A stretch of DNA of 64,000 nt from Isurus oxyrinchus (taxonomy: Eukaryota), in assembly GCA_026770705.1 (NCBI GenBank), contig JANJGN010000071.1, positions 372,001 to 436,000 on the forward strand, read 5' to 3'. The notes below the pieces were generated by a model that did no database searches, had not been told where the DNA came from, and saw only the letters and a list, made by a program, of their open reading frames with translations. The stretch's first letter is position 1. Each line of letters starts with the position of its first letter. Below, piece after piece: positions 50,975 through 63,816 of this stretch. The translations under genes were made by a program, and so were the position numbers.

Positions 50975-52646
50975 GTGAGTGTACACAGACTTCAACATCT
51001 GTCTCAGATTCAAACATTACACAAACACCCTCAAATATACAGAACTAAATAGACACGTGCAGACACACATGTATGAGCAATTACAAAGACACACTCACGA
51101 ACAAACACACTAGCACACACTCCCCTGTGGTTTACCTGAGTACTGCACTGGAGAGTTGGCCAGGATTCTGGGATTTGTGTTCCCATTCATATTTATGGAA
51201 GAATATGGAAATTGCAAAGTCTATTACAGACACTCAGATGCATAGAGGCACTCACAGATACTCTCTGCCTCTCCAACTCTCTCTCTCCCTTTAAGAAGCT
51301 TCCTGAAAGCTAACCCTTCGAACAATCACCGGTCCCAACTCCTCCTTATCTGATTCTGTGTGATTTTGTTTGTGTATCTGAGAGTAAGAGAGAGGTGGAG
51401 AGGTTTAGTTAGAGAATTCCTGCTGGTGAAAAGCTTACATCATTTACTCACCTTTCCAGTGCACATATTTCCCAGTATGTCCAATGCCCCTGTTTATAAT
51501 GATGACTGCCTATGTAAACGTCATGCTGTAGTTACATTCTCCCACCAGTGGTGGCATTGTAGCACTTAATCCTTGTGTTTCCCAGCTTTTCAAGCAACTC
51601 CACTTCCCAGTTTGCTACACAAGCTGTGAGTTCATCAGAATTAAATTATTTCTCAAATGATAGATTTGATAATTCATTTTATTGAAAACTTCCTCAGTGC
51701 CTCCTTGAAGGGTTCACACTCTCTGGGAAGCAGGAATAGGCTGGATGTTGGGGAGGTCATCTTTTCCCAGAGAGTAGGGATCCTTGAGAATGTGCTGTCA
51801 GTGGGTGTGGTAGTTCCTGTTTCTCTGTCGCCTTCAAGAGGGATCTGGAGTGGTTACTGACTGGGGGAGAGATCATGGAAGCGGAGAATGATACAGCACA
51901 GGAGGAGGCCATTCAGCCCATTGTGCCTGTGCCAGGTCTTTCAATGTTCTATCCAATCAGATCCACTAACCACCACTCCACTTTGCCACCATCATCCTCC
52001 TTCAAGTGTTTATCCAATTTCCCTTTTGAAAGTTCCTATTGAATCTGCTTCCAGCGCCCTTTCAGGCAGCACCTTCCAGATCACAACAACTCGCTCTGTC
52101 AAAACAAATTCTCCTCATCTCCCCCTCCAGTTGGTCAATTTGTGTCCCTCTGGTTACCGACCCTCCTGCCCCTTAAATACATCGATACTGTTCACTTGAA
52201 CCACTCCCTGTGGGAGCGAGTTCCACATTCTCCCCTCTCTCTGGGTAAAGATTGGAACTGTTTATTAAGCGGGTGGTGTAAGTCCGTGGGGGAGTCCATC
52301 TCGATCCTGCCCGATTCGCACACACGTCCGAGATGGATTTCCACCCTGCACTAAACGTTTCCAGAATTTTCTACAGCACAATCCTGTACACAGCGATGGA
52401 GAGAAACATTGGACAGGGAGTCCAACAGCACAATGATCCATTCTCACCAATGTTCCACTCTAAGGGGAAAGTTCCGATTGTCCACTCTTAGAGTGTTTCC
52501 AATGAAAACATTCATTCCACATTGAATCCCAGTGGATGGGTCAATATTCCAGCAAATGTTGCAGTGATATGAAGCTTGATTGTTCAGCCAGAGTGAGAGA
52601 TTGAAAGCGGAGAGTCAGTGATGATTTCTTTCTGTGTGTTCTCTAG

Positions 52647-52786
52647 ACAGTGGAGGAGAGATTCTGCACGTGATCCTGATCCTGGGAATACGAGCTGTGA
52701 TATTCCTTGTGGCTGTGGTTATCACTATCGCTGGAGTCTGTGTCTGGGAGAGACAAACAGTGAAAGGAAGTCGACAGACTGTTTGA
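52647..52786 (+). CDS. Gene E activating-type TM and short tail exon (Arg in TM)
   Basis: SGGEILHVILILGIRAVIFLVAVVITIAGVCVWERQTVKGSRQTV*; phase 1, joins C2 in frame. Confidence 0.85.
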
Positions 52787-52894
52787 AGCTTTGTACAGCA
52801 ACAATCTGGTCAGTCAGTGCGGACAAATAACGTGTGATGTTGGGTTAAGTGTAATGAAACTGGTCAGTGTCCTGGTTAGAATCACCTTCGTATC

Positions 52895-53510
52895 AGAGAG
52901 GCATTCCAGCACAGTGGGAGCCCATTCAGCCCATTGAGTCCATGCTGTCTCTCTGTAGAGCAATCCAGTCAGTCCCATTCCCCTGCTCTATCCCCGTATC
53001 CCTGTGAGTTTATTTCCCCTCAAGTGTCCATCCAATTTCCTTTTGAAATCGTTCATCGTCTCCACATCCACCATCCTCGTAGGCAGCGAGTTCCAGCTCA
53101 TTACCACTCGCTGTGTAAAAAAGTTCCTCCTCACATCAACCCCTGTCCAAATCCTTCAATCTGTGTCCCCCAGTCCTTGTACCATCAGCTAATGGCAACA
53201 GCTTCTCTTTGTCTACCTGATCTAAACCCATCATCATCTTGTACACCTCGATCAGATCCCCCCTCAATCTCCTTTGCTCCAAGGAGAACAACCCCAGCTT
53301 CTCCAACCCAACCTTGTAGCTAAAATCCCTCATCCCTGGACCCATTCTGCTCAATCTCCTCCCCACCCTCTCAAGGACCCTCACTTCCTTCCCAAAGTGA
53401 GGAGACCAGAACTGGACACAATACTCTAGTTGTGACCTAACCAGAGCTTTATAAATGTTCAGCATAACCTCCCTGTGTTTGTACTCAATTCCTCGATTTA
53501 TGAAAAGCTT
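52895..53510 (-). mobile_element. CR1 LINE 3' fragment (duplicate of 5270-5880)
   Basis: ORF 53136-53555. Confidence 0.9.
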
Positions 53511-54219
53511 ATTCTTTCCATCAGCACAAACAGCAATTTCCAAGCGGACTCCCATCAGCAGACAGAGTGCAATGAAACATCGGCATGCCTGCTTCTTAAT
53601 GTACGGAGAGAAACCTGCAACGAGAGATTCTCCTTCTTCTCCTCAGCAAGCTGAAACTTTTCCTTATACCTGGTGCTCCCCAGTCCTGCTGTGTGGACAC
53701 ATCATAACCACGGCATTGTCTGGCTGTGTGCAGCCAACATGGTCGAATAGAAATGAACAGAAATGTGACGTTGCTAAACTCTGTTCTCTGATTGGAATGT
53801 GCTTTCTGAATGCTGCACCTTTTTCATGCTGCGATAGATTGTAAGAAGCATTTGGGTTATGAATAAAATTACATTGATTAACACAAGTGATTAAAATGCT
53901 CAGGCTGTTCTGTAGATATTTATAGATTAAAATACTTATTTTGCTGCCAAATTCTTGCCTCAAAGAAAAGCTTCTTGTTGTCACATTTTCTCTATTATAT
54001 AAATTCCTGTGCCCATCCTTATAATAGAAATTTCCAATGTAAACATGTCACATTGTAGTTTCACACTCCTGCCAGTAGTGGTGCCATTCCAAAGCTGTCC
54101 TGCTGCACAGACACAGTGAGAAATATTCTCGATGTGTACATGATGTTGTTGTTACACAGACATCAGGCGGAACCTTGGGCAGTGCCTAGAATGCACTTAG
54201 GACAGTGCAGACCATGCTC

Positions 54220-56205
54220 AGAACTGACAGTGCAGCGTTTCCTCAGTGCTGACCCTCCGTCAGTGCAGCGCTCCCTCATTACTGTCTCTCTGACAGTGCT
54301 GCACTACCTCATTATTGACCCTTTTCAAGTGCTTCACCCCGTCAGCATTGACCTTCTGACCGTGCAGGATTCCCTCATGGCTGACACTCTGACAGTGCAA
54401 CACTCCCTGAATACTGACCCTCTGATACTGTACCCCTCCATCACTAATGACTTTCCAACAGTTCAGCACTCCCTCGGTACAGACCCTCTGACAGGGCAGC
54501 ATTCCCTCAGTATTCAAACTCCCACTATGCAGCTGTCCCTCAGTATTCTCACCCCCACAGTGCAGCACTCCCTCAGTACTCTCCCTCCCACAGTGCAGTA
54601 CTCCCTCAGTACTCACCCTCCCACAGTGCAGCACTCCCTCAGTACTCACCCTCCCACAGTGCAGCACTCCCTCAGTACTCACCCTCCCACAGTGCAGTAC
54701 TCCCTCAGTACTCACCCTCCCACAGTGCAGCACTCCCTCAGTTCTCTCACTCCCACAGTGCAGCACTCCCTCAGTTCTCTCACTCCCACAGTGCAGCACT
54801 CCCTCAGTACTCACCCTCCCACAGTGCAGCACACCCTCAGTACTCACCCACCCACAGTGCAGCACTCCCTCAGTACTCACCCACCCACAGTGCAGCACTC
54901 CCTCAGTACTCACCCTCCCACAGTGCAGCACTCCCTCAGTTCTCTCACTCCCACAGTGCAGCACTCCCTCAGTTCTCTCACTCCCACAGTGCAGTACTCC
55001 CTCAGTACTCACCCTCCCACAGTGCAGCACTCCCTCAGTACTCACCCTCCCACAGTGCAGCACTCCCTCAGTACTCACCCTCCCACAGTGCAGCACTCCC
55101 TCAGTACTCACCCTCCCACAGTGCAGCACTCCCTCAGTACTCACCCTCCCACAGTGCAGAACTCCATCAGTACTCACCCTCCCACAGTGCAGCACTCCCT
55201 CAGTACTCATCCTCCCAAAGTGCAGCACTCCCTCAGTACTCACCCTCCCACAGTGCAGCACTCCCTCAGTACTCACCCTCCCACAGTGCAGCACACCCTC
55301 AGTACTCACCCTCCCCCAGTGCAGCACTCCCTCAGTACTCACCCTCCCACAGTGCAGTACTCCCTCAGTACTCACCCTCCCACAGTGCAGCACACCCTCA
55401 GTACTCACCCTCCCACAGTGCTGTGTGAGTTGTTTCAATCAAGACTGGTGCACAAAGAGGGAGGTTTCATTGCTAAATCATTGAACTCGGTGAAAATTAT
55501 TTTTAGGCTTACGGGAACAAGAATTAGTTCGTCATATCCTTTCTTTAGCAATAACACACAGTACTAGAATCTCTGTTTAAATAAATTCCAGTTAAACTTT
55601 GCCATGAAAGGATATCTTCTCACACTCCGCTCTACCTCAGTACTAACCCTCCCACAGTCCGGCACCCCCTCAATACTGACCCTCCAACTGTGCGGAACTC
55701 ACTCAGTGCAGACCCGCCGACAGTGCAGCACTCCCTCATTACTGACCCTCCGACATTGCAGCATTCCTTCACTACTGGCCCTCTGACAGTGCAGCACTCC
55801 CACATTACTGACCCTCTGATAGTGCAGCAGACCCTCAGTACTGACCCCACTAACAGTGCAGCACTCGCTCAGTACTGACCCTCCCACAGTGCAGCACTCT
55901 CTCAGTACTACACTCCTGACAGTGAAGCACTCCCTTATTAATGACCCTCTTCCAGTGCAGAACTCCCACATTACTGACACTCTGACAGTGCAGCACTCCC
56001 ACATTACTGTCCCTCTGACAGTGCAGCACTCCCTCAGTACTGACCCTCCGACATTGCAGCAATCCTTCACTACTGGCCCTCTGACAGTGCAGCAATCCCA
56101 CATTACTGACCTTCTGATAGTGCAGCACTCACTCAGTACTGACCCTCACACAGTGCAGCACTCCCTCAGTACTATACCCCTGACAGTGCAGCACTCCTTC
56201 AGTAA
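54220..56205. repeat. 30-bp minisatellite arrays (expanded)
   Basis: CACAGTGCAGCACTCCCTCAGTACTCACCCTCC-type units; much longer than the paralogous 6.6-7.6 kb arrays. Confidence 0.95.
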
Positions 56206-56481
56206 TGATATCAGGGATTGTCAACATGTATCATACGGCCAGAGACCTGTATTGGGAACTCTATCGCCTGCACTTCAGCCTCTGAGATGAGGGGGAGGGG
56301 TCTAATCCCACGGAGCCAATGGAGAAGCTTGAAGACTACAGCTGCCCAAATATGAGCTGACAGATCACACATGGTAAACGTTTTGCTGAGAGCACAAAAC
56401 ATCCTCGAACTTCTCACTGATTACCCACTTCCTCATTTTGTCTCACAGTGACACATCCACCCTTTCTATTTAAACACACAG

Positions 56482-56566
56482 AGGGAGCAGCACAGGAAAA
56501 GGTCATTCAGCCCAAGCAGAGTGTGTGGGCAGTTCCTCCCCAGGCGAGCAGTCGGACAGGTCCTGG
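56482..56566 (+). other. Gene F 85-nt upstream exon
   Basis: Conserved block, ETS site at 56427. Confidence 0.6.
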
Positions 56567-57016
56567 GTAAGTAACGAAACGATTGGAATTCACTTCCACC
56601 ACCAACACCGTCCTTTGTTGATGTTGTGACTTTATAAAGACAGATTCCAATGATTGATGCCTTTGAAAGATTTCTACTGATTATTGAGATCTGGGTGTGA
56701 GACTCAAGTCTGTTGTACAGAACATCTTTCTAGCTCAAGGGATGAGGGAAGTGCAGAGACATGAGCTTTGGGACATCCTGAGGTGGTGAAAGGTGCTATA
56801 GAAATGCAAGTCCTTCCTTGTTTTTCCTTCTTAAAGCCTTGTAACTCTCTGCAGAGCACCTATCATCCCACAGAGAATCAAATTAATCTGTGAAGACATT
56901 GTCTAAAAGCAGTTCTGATCTCTCGAGAGCTGTCAGACAAGAGGTGAGGTCTCATTAACTCCTTTCTCTTTCAGAACTTCAGAGTTAGAAGCTGAGGAAA
57001 TATCTGGGAGTGGACA

Positions 57017-57056
57017 ATGATCGGGAAATCTTACTTCCTCCTGTCACTTCTCCAAG
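57017..57056 (+). CDS. Gene F signal peptide exon
   Basis: MIGKSYFLLSLLQ G|GTAAT. Confidence 0.88.
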
Positions 57057-57917
57057 GTAATATCATCGTCAGCTCGGACAGATTTATGGTTAATATTCTT
57101 TGTAAAAGATCATTCTTATTGAGCTGTGATTAGGAACCGATTCAGCAGTGAGCCAGTGCACAAACTCACACCAAGTCCCATTCACCCATCACCCCTAAAC
57201 TATCTGACTCCTGGTCCTACAACATCTCAAACTTAAAATACACATCTCTTTGTTCAAATGCATCCATTGCCTCACACTGCGTCCTTATCTCTGTCACCTC
57301 CTGCAACTCTCCCAACCAACGTCCCAGATCTCTGTGTTACTCCAATTCCGGCCTCTTGACCATCCCTCGATTCCCATCACTCCAATACTGGTGGCCGGGC
57401 CTTCAGCTGCCTGGGGCCTGAGCTCTGGAATTCATTCCCTAAACCTCGGGGATGGAGGAGCTCAGAGGGTTTCATTTTACTGAAAACCTCCACAACTACA
57501 TCACAGCTGCAGTGAGAATAGACAGAGAGTCCAGCCCTCGCACTTCCTGCACAGTTTCACCATAGCAACCACAATAAGGAAGTAAAATAACTGAAAGTTA
57601 AACCGAAGGCAAAGCAGTCAGTGTAGAGAGATGAGATATTTACACAGTTTCCCTGTGTATCTTGTAGACACTGTGTTGGGTAGAAGACTGGCTTCACTAA
57701 ACAGGGTCCTGAGGACCATGAGCCAATGTAGAATGAACTTGTCCACTCCTGTGTCCAGGATTCTCTTCCATCCATTATGAAACCCTGGGGAGTTCCATGT
57801 GTGTCCTGTAGATGGGCCTCACTGCAGCCACTGTGCTCCAGAGATGGAGGGGGTGGATATCGAGTCTAGTGGATCTACAAACCATCCAGAGTTAAATATT
57901 GATATTTCTCTCCCCAG

Positions 57918-58286
57918 TTGGACTGTCACAAGAGTGGAAAGGTGACACTCCACGAGATGTGACAGCGCAGGAAGGTTCATGTGTACAGATTCCATGTCAT
58001 TACAGTTATCCAGCACATTTGGAAAACCAACCGCGAGGTGGAGTCTGGTTTAATAATGAGAAACAGATTCCCTGGGCTCCCATTGCCTTTCACTCCAAGG
58101 ATCACAGTCACGAGTTACCACGGTTCCGCCATCGGACCCGGCTGTCTGGAGACCTGAAAGATGACGACTGTTCCCTGATTATTAACAACATCAGACGGGA
58201 AGATGCAGGACCTTATTTTTTCAGAATACAATTTGACAATGGTCTGAGCCATAACTATTACCCTGTAACCCGGCTTCATGTTTCTG
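57918..58286 (+). CDS. Gene F Siglec V-set exon
   Basis: 369 nt intact; PYFFRIQ. Confidence 0.92.
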
Positions 58287-58760
58287 GTAAGTGCTGTGTT
58301 ATAATTACTCAACAATTCACATTCAACACTCAATGGGAAATAACACTAACTGTGACGTTTACATATTAACACAAAACACAGCTTATTATAACACACTGTC
58401 TGATTCTCAATAACCTGGTGATAGCTTCCAGTTCAGTCCTAAAGCAACCTCTAATACTCACTTTAATATCAATGATGAAAAGCATTAACTGTATTCTCAG
58501 GTTACCACTCCCATCAATCTCTCCTGTCCTGTTTAAAAGTCTGACTTATCGATAAAAGAAAGATGTGCATTTCTGCAGCGCAATTTACCACCTCAGGAGG
58601 ATCCAAATCCCTTCACAGCCAATGAAATTATTCCTGAATTGTGGTCACAGATGTTAAACACAGCAGGCAGTTTGTGCACAGCAAGATCCAACAAACCACA
58701 AGGTGATAAATCACCCAGATCACTGAGGAAATGAGAAGCCAGTGAACTCAAACCTCTGGT

Positions 58761-58893
58761 CTGATGAAGAGTCATACGGACTCGAAACGTTAACCCTGTC
58801 TTCCTCTCCACTGATACTGTCAGACCTGCTGAGTCTTTCCAGCAATTTTTGTTTTGGTTTCAGATTTCCAGCATCCGCAGTATTCTGCTTTTA
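58761..58893 (+). mobile_element. Penelope-derived insertion with hammerhead core (also at 49818)
   Basis: Paralogous copy of the insertion at 36633. Confidence 0.65.
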
Positions 58894-59144
58894 ACTCCAA
58901 TCTCTGGTCTGAGCCTCTTCTCTCATCCAGTATTCTCAATTCACATGTCTCGGAGTGAACGTGTATTAAGCTGAGAGACAGAAACACTACTGCCAAAGAG
59001 CAAGAAAATCTTTCCTGATCATTGTAACCTCTCAGTTCTGATATCATCCTTGTAAAAGTGCTTTCTCTTGTGGGACTGTGATTTCTATTTGAACTGATGC
59101 TTCACATTATATTTCTCTAAAAGGATCCATTTTCTTTCTGTTAG

Positions 59145-59441
59145 ATTTCACAGATAAACCCACGATATTCCCTGCTGAAATTATTGCAGGAAAGCGTGTG
59201 GATGTAAGCTGCACCTTCAACACAACGTGCAATGGAACAGCAGCACCTGTCTTAACCTGGGACACTCCCACTGACGTACCTGGATCAGTCTCAAACACTG
59301 TAACTCAGCATGGTGTCACTCTGACCTATACTTCTGTTCTGACCCTCATCCCATCACTCAAACACCACGGACACACACTCAGCTGCAGAGTGAGATATCC
59401 ATCTGTTTCATCGGAGCGGACCCTCATACTAACTGTGCAAG
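59145..59441 (+). CDS. Gene F C2-set exon
   Basis: 297 nt intact. Confidence 0.92.
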
Positions 59442-59660
59442 GTAAGAATGGACACCCTTCATTCTACATTAGCTAGAAAGCTCTACATAGTACATTGCAA
59501 GATCCCACAACTGCATTGTGTTTAGCAACAAATCAATAGTCTTTAACTGATACAAATTCACCTCTGACACTGCAGCAGTCCCTGAATACTGATTCTCCAA
59601 CACTGCAGCACTCCCTCAGTACTGAGTCTTGTTCACAATGAAATCTTTAATTGTTCTTAG

Positions 59661-59753
59661 ATGCACCACAGAATCTCTCATTTACTTCGCTTGATATGAT
59701 TAATGCTTCATCGATCAATATAATTGAGGGGTTCATAACCATCACTGTGGAAT
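59661..59753 (+). CDS. Gene F 93-nt mini-exon
   Basis: APQNLSFTSLDMINASSINIIEG-FITITVE, splice sites intact. Confidence 0.7.
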
Positions 59754-60443
59754 GTGAGTTAATNNNNNNNNNNNNNNNNNNNNNNNNNNNNNNNNNNNNN
59801 NNNNNNNNNNNNNNNNNNNNNNNNNNNNNNNNNNNNNNNNNNNNNNNNNNNNNNNNNNNNNNNNNNNNNNNNNNNNNNNNNNNNNNNNNNNNNNNNNNNN
59901 NNNNNNNNNNNNNNNNNNNNNNNNNNNNNNNNNNNNNNNNNNNNNACACAGATCCTTATTTTACAGAAACATACACACACAAGCCAACACACACATACAC
60001 ACACAAAAACATGTGGGTTCCTTCTCCTCTCCCAGTGCTGCACTGGAGTCTCAGTATCAGCTCCGAATCTGTGTTGATGAAAGGTAAACTCCAGATCATC
60101 AAGACACTGAACTGCATGGAGCAACCTCCTGAACAGTGAATTGTAGATTTACCCCTCAGTGCTCCATCGATCAAATACAATTCATTGCCTTTGAAGCCCT
60201 TGCGGACATCCTGAGGATCTGAAAGGGAGTTTCCTGCATTCTAGATGGACACCTCCACTGGTGGGAGAATGTAACTGCAGTGTGACAGTTTACATAGGCA
60301 GTGCCCGTTGTAAATGTGAAATAAGTTCTTATCCTGAGGGAATGTACCTGGAAATGCATTCAGACATCAGATACAGAGACATGATGCATGGAGTCTTACT
60401 GTGCACTATATTTGCTCATATTAAAATCTTTCTGTGTTTATAG

Positions 60444-60725
60444 ATGCACCACGGAATCTCTCAATTACTTCTCTTGGTGTGATTAACGCTTTATCGATTG
60501 ATGTAATTGAGGGGAATTCTGCAGTGATAATCTGCTCTGTCGAGAGCTTCCCAGCTTCTAACCTGACGTGGCGACATCTTAATGTCCCAATGAACAGAAC
60601 AAGTTCCAACAATGAGCTGTGGTTGGTGATTCCTCACGTGACATCCAGGGACACTGGAGACTATCAGTGTGTGGCAGAGAATGAACATGGAGCAGTGGAG
60701 GGGTTCATAACCATCACTGTGGAAT
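60444..60725 (+). CDS. Gene F tandem Ig exon 1
   Basis: 282 nt intact. Confidence 0.9.
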
Positions 60726-60748
60726 GTGAGTTACTGCAAACTTCAACA

Positions 60749-60786
<38 letters not shown>

Positions 60787-61384
60787 ACACACATACTCAT
60801 AAACATACACACACATTCACTCATGCACAGAAATATACACAAAGACACACTCACATATGCGCAAACACACACACACGCACACACAGACGCATGCGTGCAT
60901 ACTCACACAAACACACTCACTTGTGCAGAAACACAAACACAAACACATACACACACATGAGGTCCCTCTCCTCTCTCAGTGCCGCACTGGAGTCTTGGTA
61001 TCAGCTCTGATTCTGTGTTGAAGGAAGGTAAACTCCAGATCAGCAAGACCCTGAATTGGATGAGCAACTTCCTGAACAGAGAATTGTAGATTTACTCCTC
61101 AGTACTCCATCGATCAAATACAATTCATTCCCGTAAATCCCTTGGCAAAATCCTGAGGATGTGAAAGTTTCTTTCATTCTAGGTGAACAGCACCTCTACT
61201 GGTGGGAGAATGTAACTGCAGTTTGACTGTTTACATAGGCAGTGTCCATTATAAATTTGACAGTGGAAGTTATAAGGAGGGAAGGTACCCGGAATTGCAT
61301 ACAGACATCAGTTACAGAGAGATGATGCATGGAGTCTTGCTGTAAATTGAGCTTGCTCACATTAAACACTTGATTTGTTTTTAG

Positions 61385-61666
61385 ATGCACCACAGGATCT
61401 CACATTTACTTCGCTTGAAATGATTAATGCTTCATCGATCAATATAATTGAGGGGAATTCTGCAGTGATAATCTGCTCTGTCGAGAGCTTCCCATCTTCT
61501 AACCTGACGTGGCGACATCTTAATGTCCCAATGAACAGAACAAGTTCCAACAATGAGCTGTGGTTGGTGATTCCTCACGTTACATCCAGGGACACTGGAG
61601 ACTATCTGTGTGTGGCAGAGAATGAACATGGAGCAGTGGAGGGATTCATAACCATCACTGTGGAAT
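61385..61666 (+). CDS. Gene F tandem Ig exon 2
   Basis: 282 nt intact. Confidence 0.9.
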
Positions 61667-62413
61667 GTGAGTGCACACAGACTTCAACATCACACACACA
61701 AACACAGACACACATGCAAAAACACTCATGTGTAGACACAAACATGCACGCTTACACACAAACATACGTTCAAACACATACACAGAAACACACACAAACT
61801 CAACTCACACGTACAATCATTCATGCGCACACGTAGACACACGTATACACACACACTCACTCAAGCACAGATATACACACAAGACCCACATACACACGCG
61901 TGCCCACACATGCGCAGACAAACACGCGCATACACACAAATACAAACTCACTTGTGCAGAAATACACACACACACACAAGTGTGAGCTCCCTCTCCTCTC
62001 TCAGTGCTGCACTGGAGTCTTGGTATCAGCTCTGATTCTGTGTTGAAGGAAGGTAAACTCCAGATCAGCAAGACCCTGAATTGGATGGAGCAACCTCCTG
62101 AACAGTGAATTGTAGATTTACCCCTCAGTGCTCCATCGATCAAATACAATTCACGGGCTTTCAATCCCTTGGGGGCATCTTGAGAGTGTTAAAGGATGTT
62201 TGTTTCATTCTAGGTGGACAGCAACTCTGCTGGTGGGAGAATGCAACTGCAGTGTGACAGTTTACATAGGAAGTGCCCATTATAAATGTGACAGTATTTT
62301 TTCCTGAGGGAAGGTACCTGGAAATGCATTCCAACATCAGATACAGAGAGATGATGCATGGAGTCTTGCTGTGCATGCTGCTTGCTCACATTAAAATCTT
62401 TATTTGTTTTTAG

Positions 62414-62695
62414 ATGCCCCACAGAATCTCTCAATTACTTCTCTTGATATGATTAACGCTTCATCGATCAATATAATTGAGGAGAATTCTGCAGTGATAA
62501 TCTGCTCTGTCGAGAGCTTCCCAGCTTCTAACCTGACGTGGCGACATCTTAATGTCCCAATGAACAGAACAAGTTCCAACAATGAGCTGTGGTTGGTGAT
62601 TCCTCACGTTACATCCAGGGACACTGGAGACTATCAGTGTGTGGCAGAGAATGAACATGGAGCAGTGGAGGGGTTCATAACCATCACTGTGGAAT
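62414..62695 (+). CDS. Gene F tandem Ig exon 3
   Basis: 282 nt intact. Confidence 0.9.
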
Positions 62696-63534
62696 GTGAG
62701 TTAACGNNNNNNNNNNNNNNNNNNNNNNNNNNNNNNNNNNNNNNNNNNNNNNNNNNNNNNNNNNNNNNNNNNNNNNNNNNNNNNNNNNNNNNNNNNNNNN
62801 NNNNNNNNNNNNNNNNNNNNNNNNNNNNNNNNNNNNNNNNNNNNNCACATTTACACACACAGTCATACACGTGCAAAAACATACACAGAAACACACATAC
62901 ACTCAACTCACACGCACACACTCACACAGGCACACATATAGACATACACATGCACTCACGTTCACTCATGCACAGACGTATACACAAAGACACACAAACA
63001 TATGCAAAACACATACACACACGCACACACAGACACATGCGTGCATACACACACAAACACACTCACTTGTGCAGAAACACAAACACACACATACGCACGC
63101 ATGAGGTCCCTCTCCTCTCTCAGGGCTGCACTGGAGTCTTGGTATCAGCTCCGATTCTGTCTTGAAGGAAGGTAAACTCCAGATCAACAAGATCCTGAAT
63201 TGGATGGAGCAACCTTCTGAACAGAGAATTGTAGGTTTGCCCCTCAGAGCTCCATCGATCAAATGCAATTCATTGCCTGTCAAGCCCTTGGCAAAATCCT
63301 GAGGATGTGCAAGGAAGTTTCTTTCATTCTAGGTGGACAGCGCCTCTACTGGTGGGAGAATGTAACTGTAGTTTGACTGTTTACATAGGCAGTGCCCATT
63401 ATAAATTTGACAGTGGAAGTTATATGGAGGGAAGGTATCTGGAAATGCATACAGACATCAGATACAGAGAGATGATGCATGGAGTCTTGCTGTGCACGCT
63501 GCTTGCTCACATTAAAATCTTTATTTGTTTTTAG

Positions 63535-63816
63535 ATGCTCCACAGAATCTCTCAATTAATTCTCTTGATATGATTAATGCTTCATCGATCAATATAATTG
63601 AGCGGAATTCTGCAGAGATAATCTGCTCTGTCGAGAGCTTCCCAGCTTCTAACCTGACGTGGCGACATCTTAATGTCCCAATGAACAGAACAGGTTCCAA
63701 CAATGAGCTGTGGTTGGTGATTCCTCACGTTACATCCAGGGACACTGGAGACTATCAGTGTGTGGCAGAGAATGAACATGGAGCAGTGGAGGGGTTCCTA
63801 ACCATCACTGTGGAAC
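63535..63816 (+). CDS. Gene F tandem Ig exon 4 (gene continues beyond window)
   Basis: 282 nt open frame, TTAG acceptor, C|GTGAGT donor. Confidence 0.88.

Noticed and set aside
54116-55567. 483-aa ORF and its 392-aa antisense ORF
   Set aside because: Translation of a 30-bp minisatellite that is stop-free on both strands; the paralogous array at 6.6 kb differs in length
2442-58286. V exons as rearranging Ig/TCR/NAR V segments
   Set aside because: They lack the F-strand YYC, include their own G strand, end in a splice donor and show no recombination signal sequences
1700-63816. Assigning gene symbols such as CD33, CD22, MAG or SIGLEC1
   Set aside because: Family is recognisable but orthology cannot be established without a phylogeny
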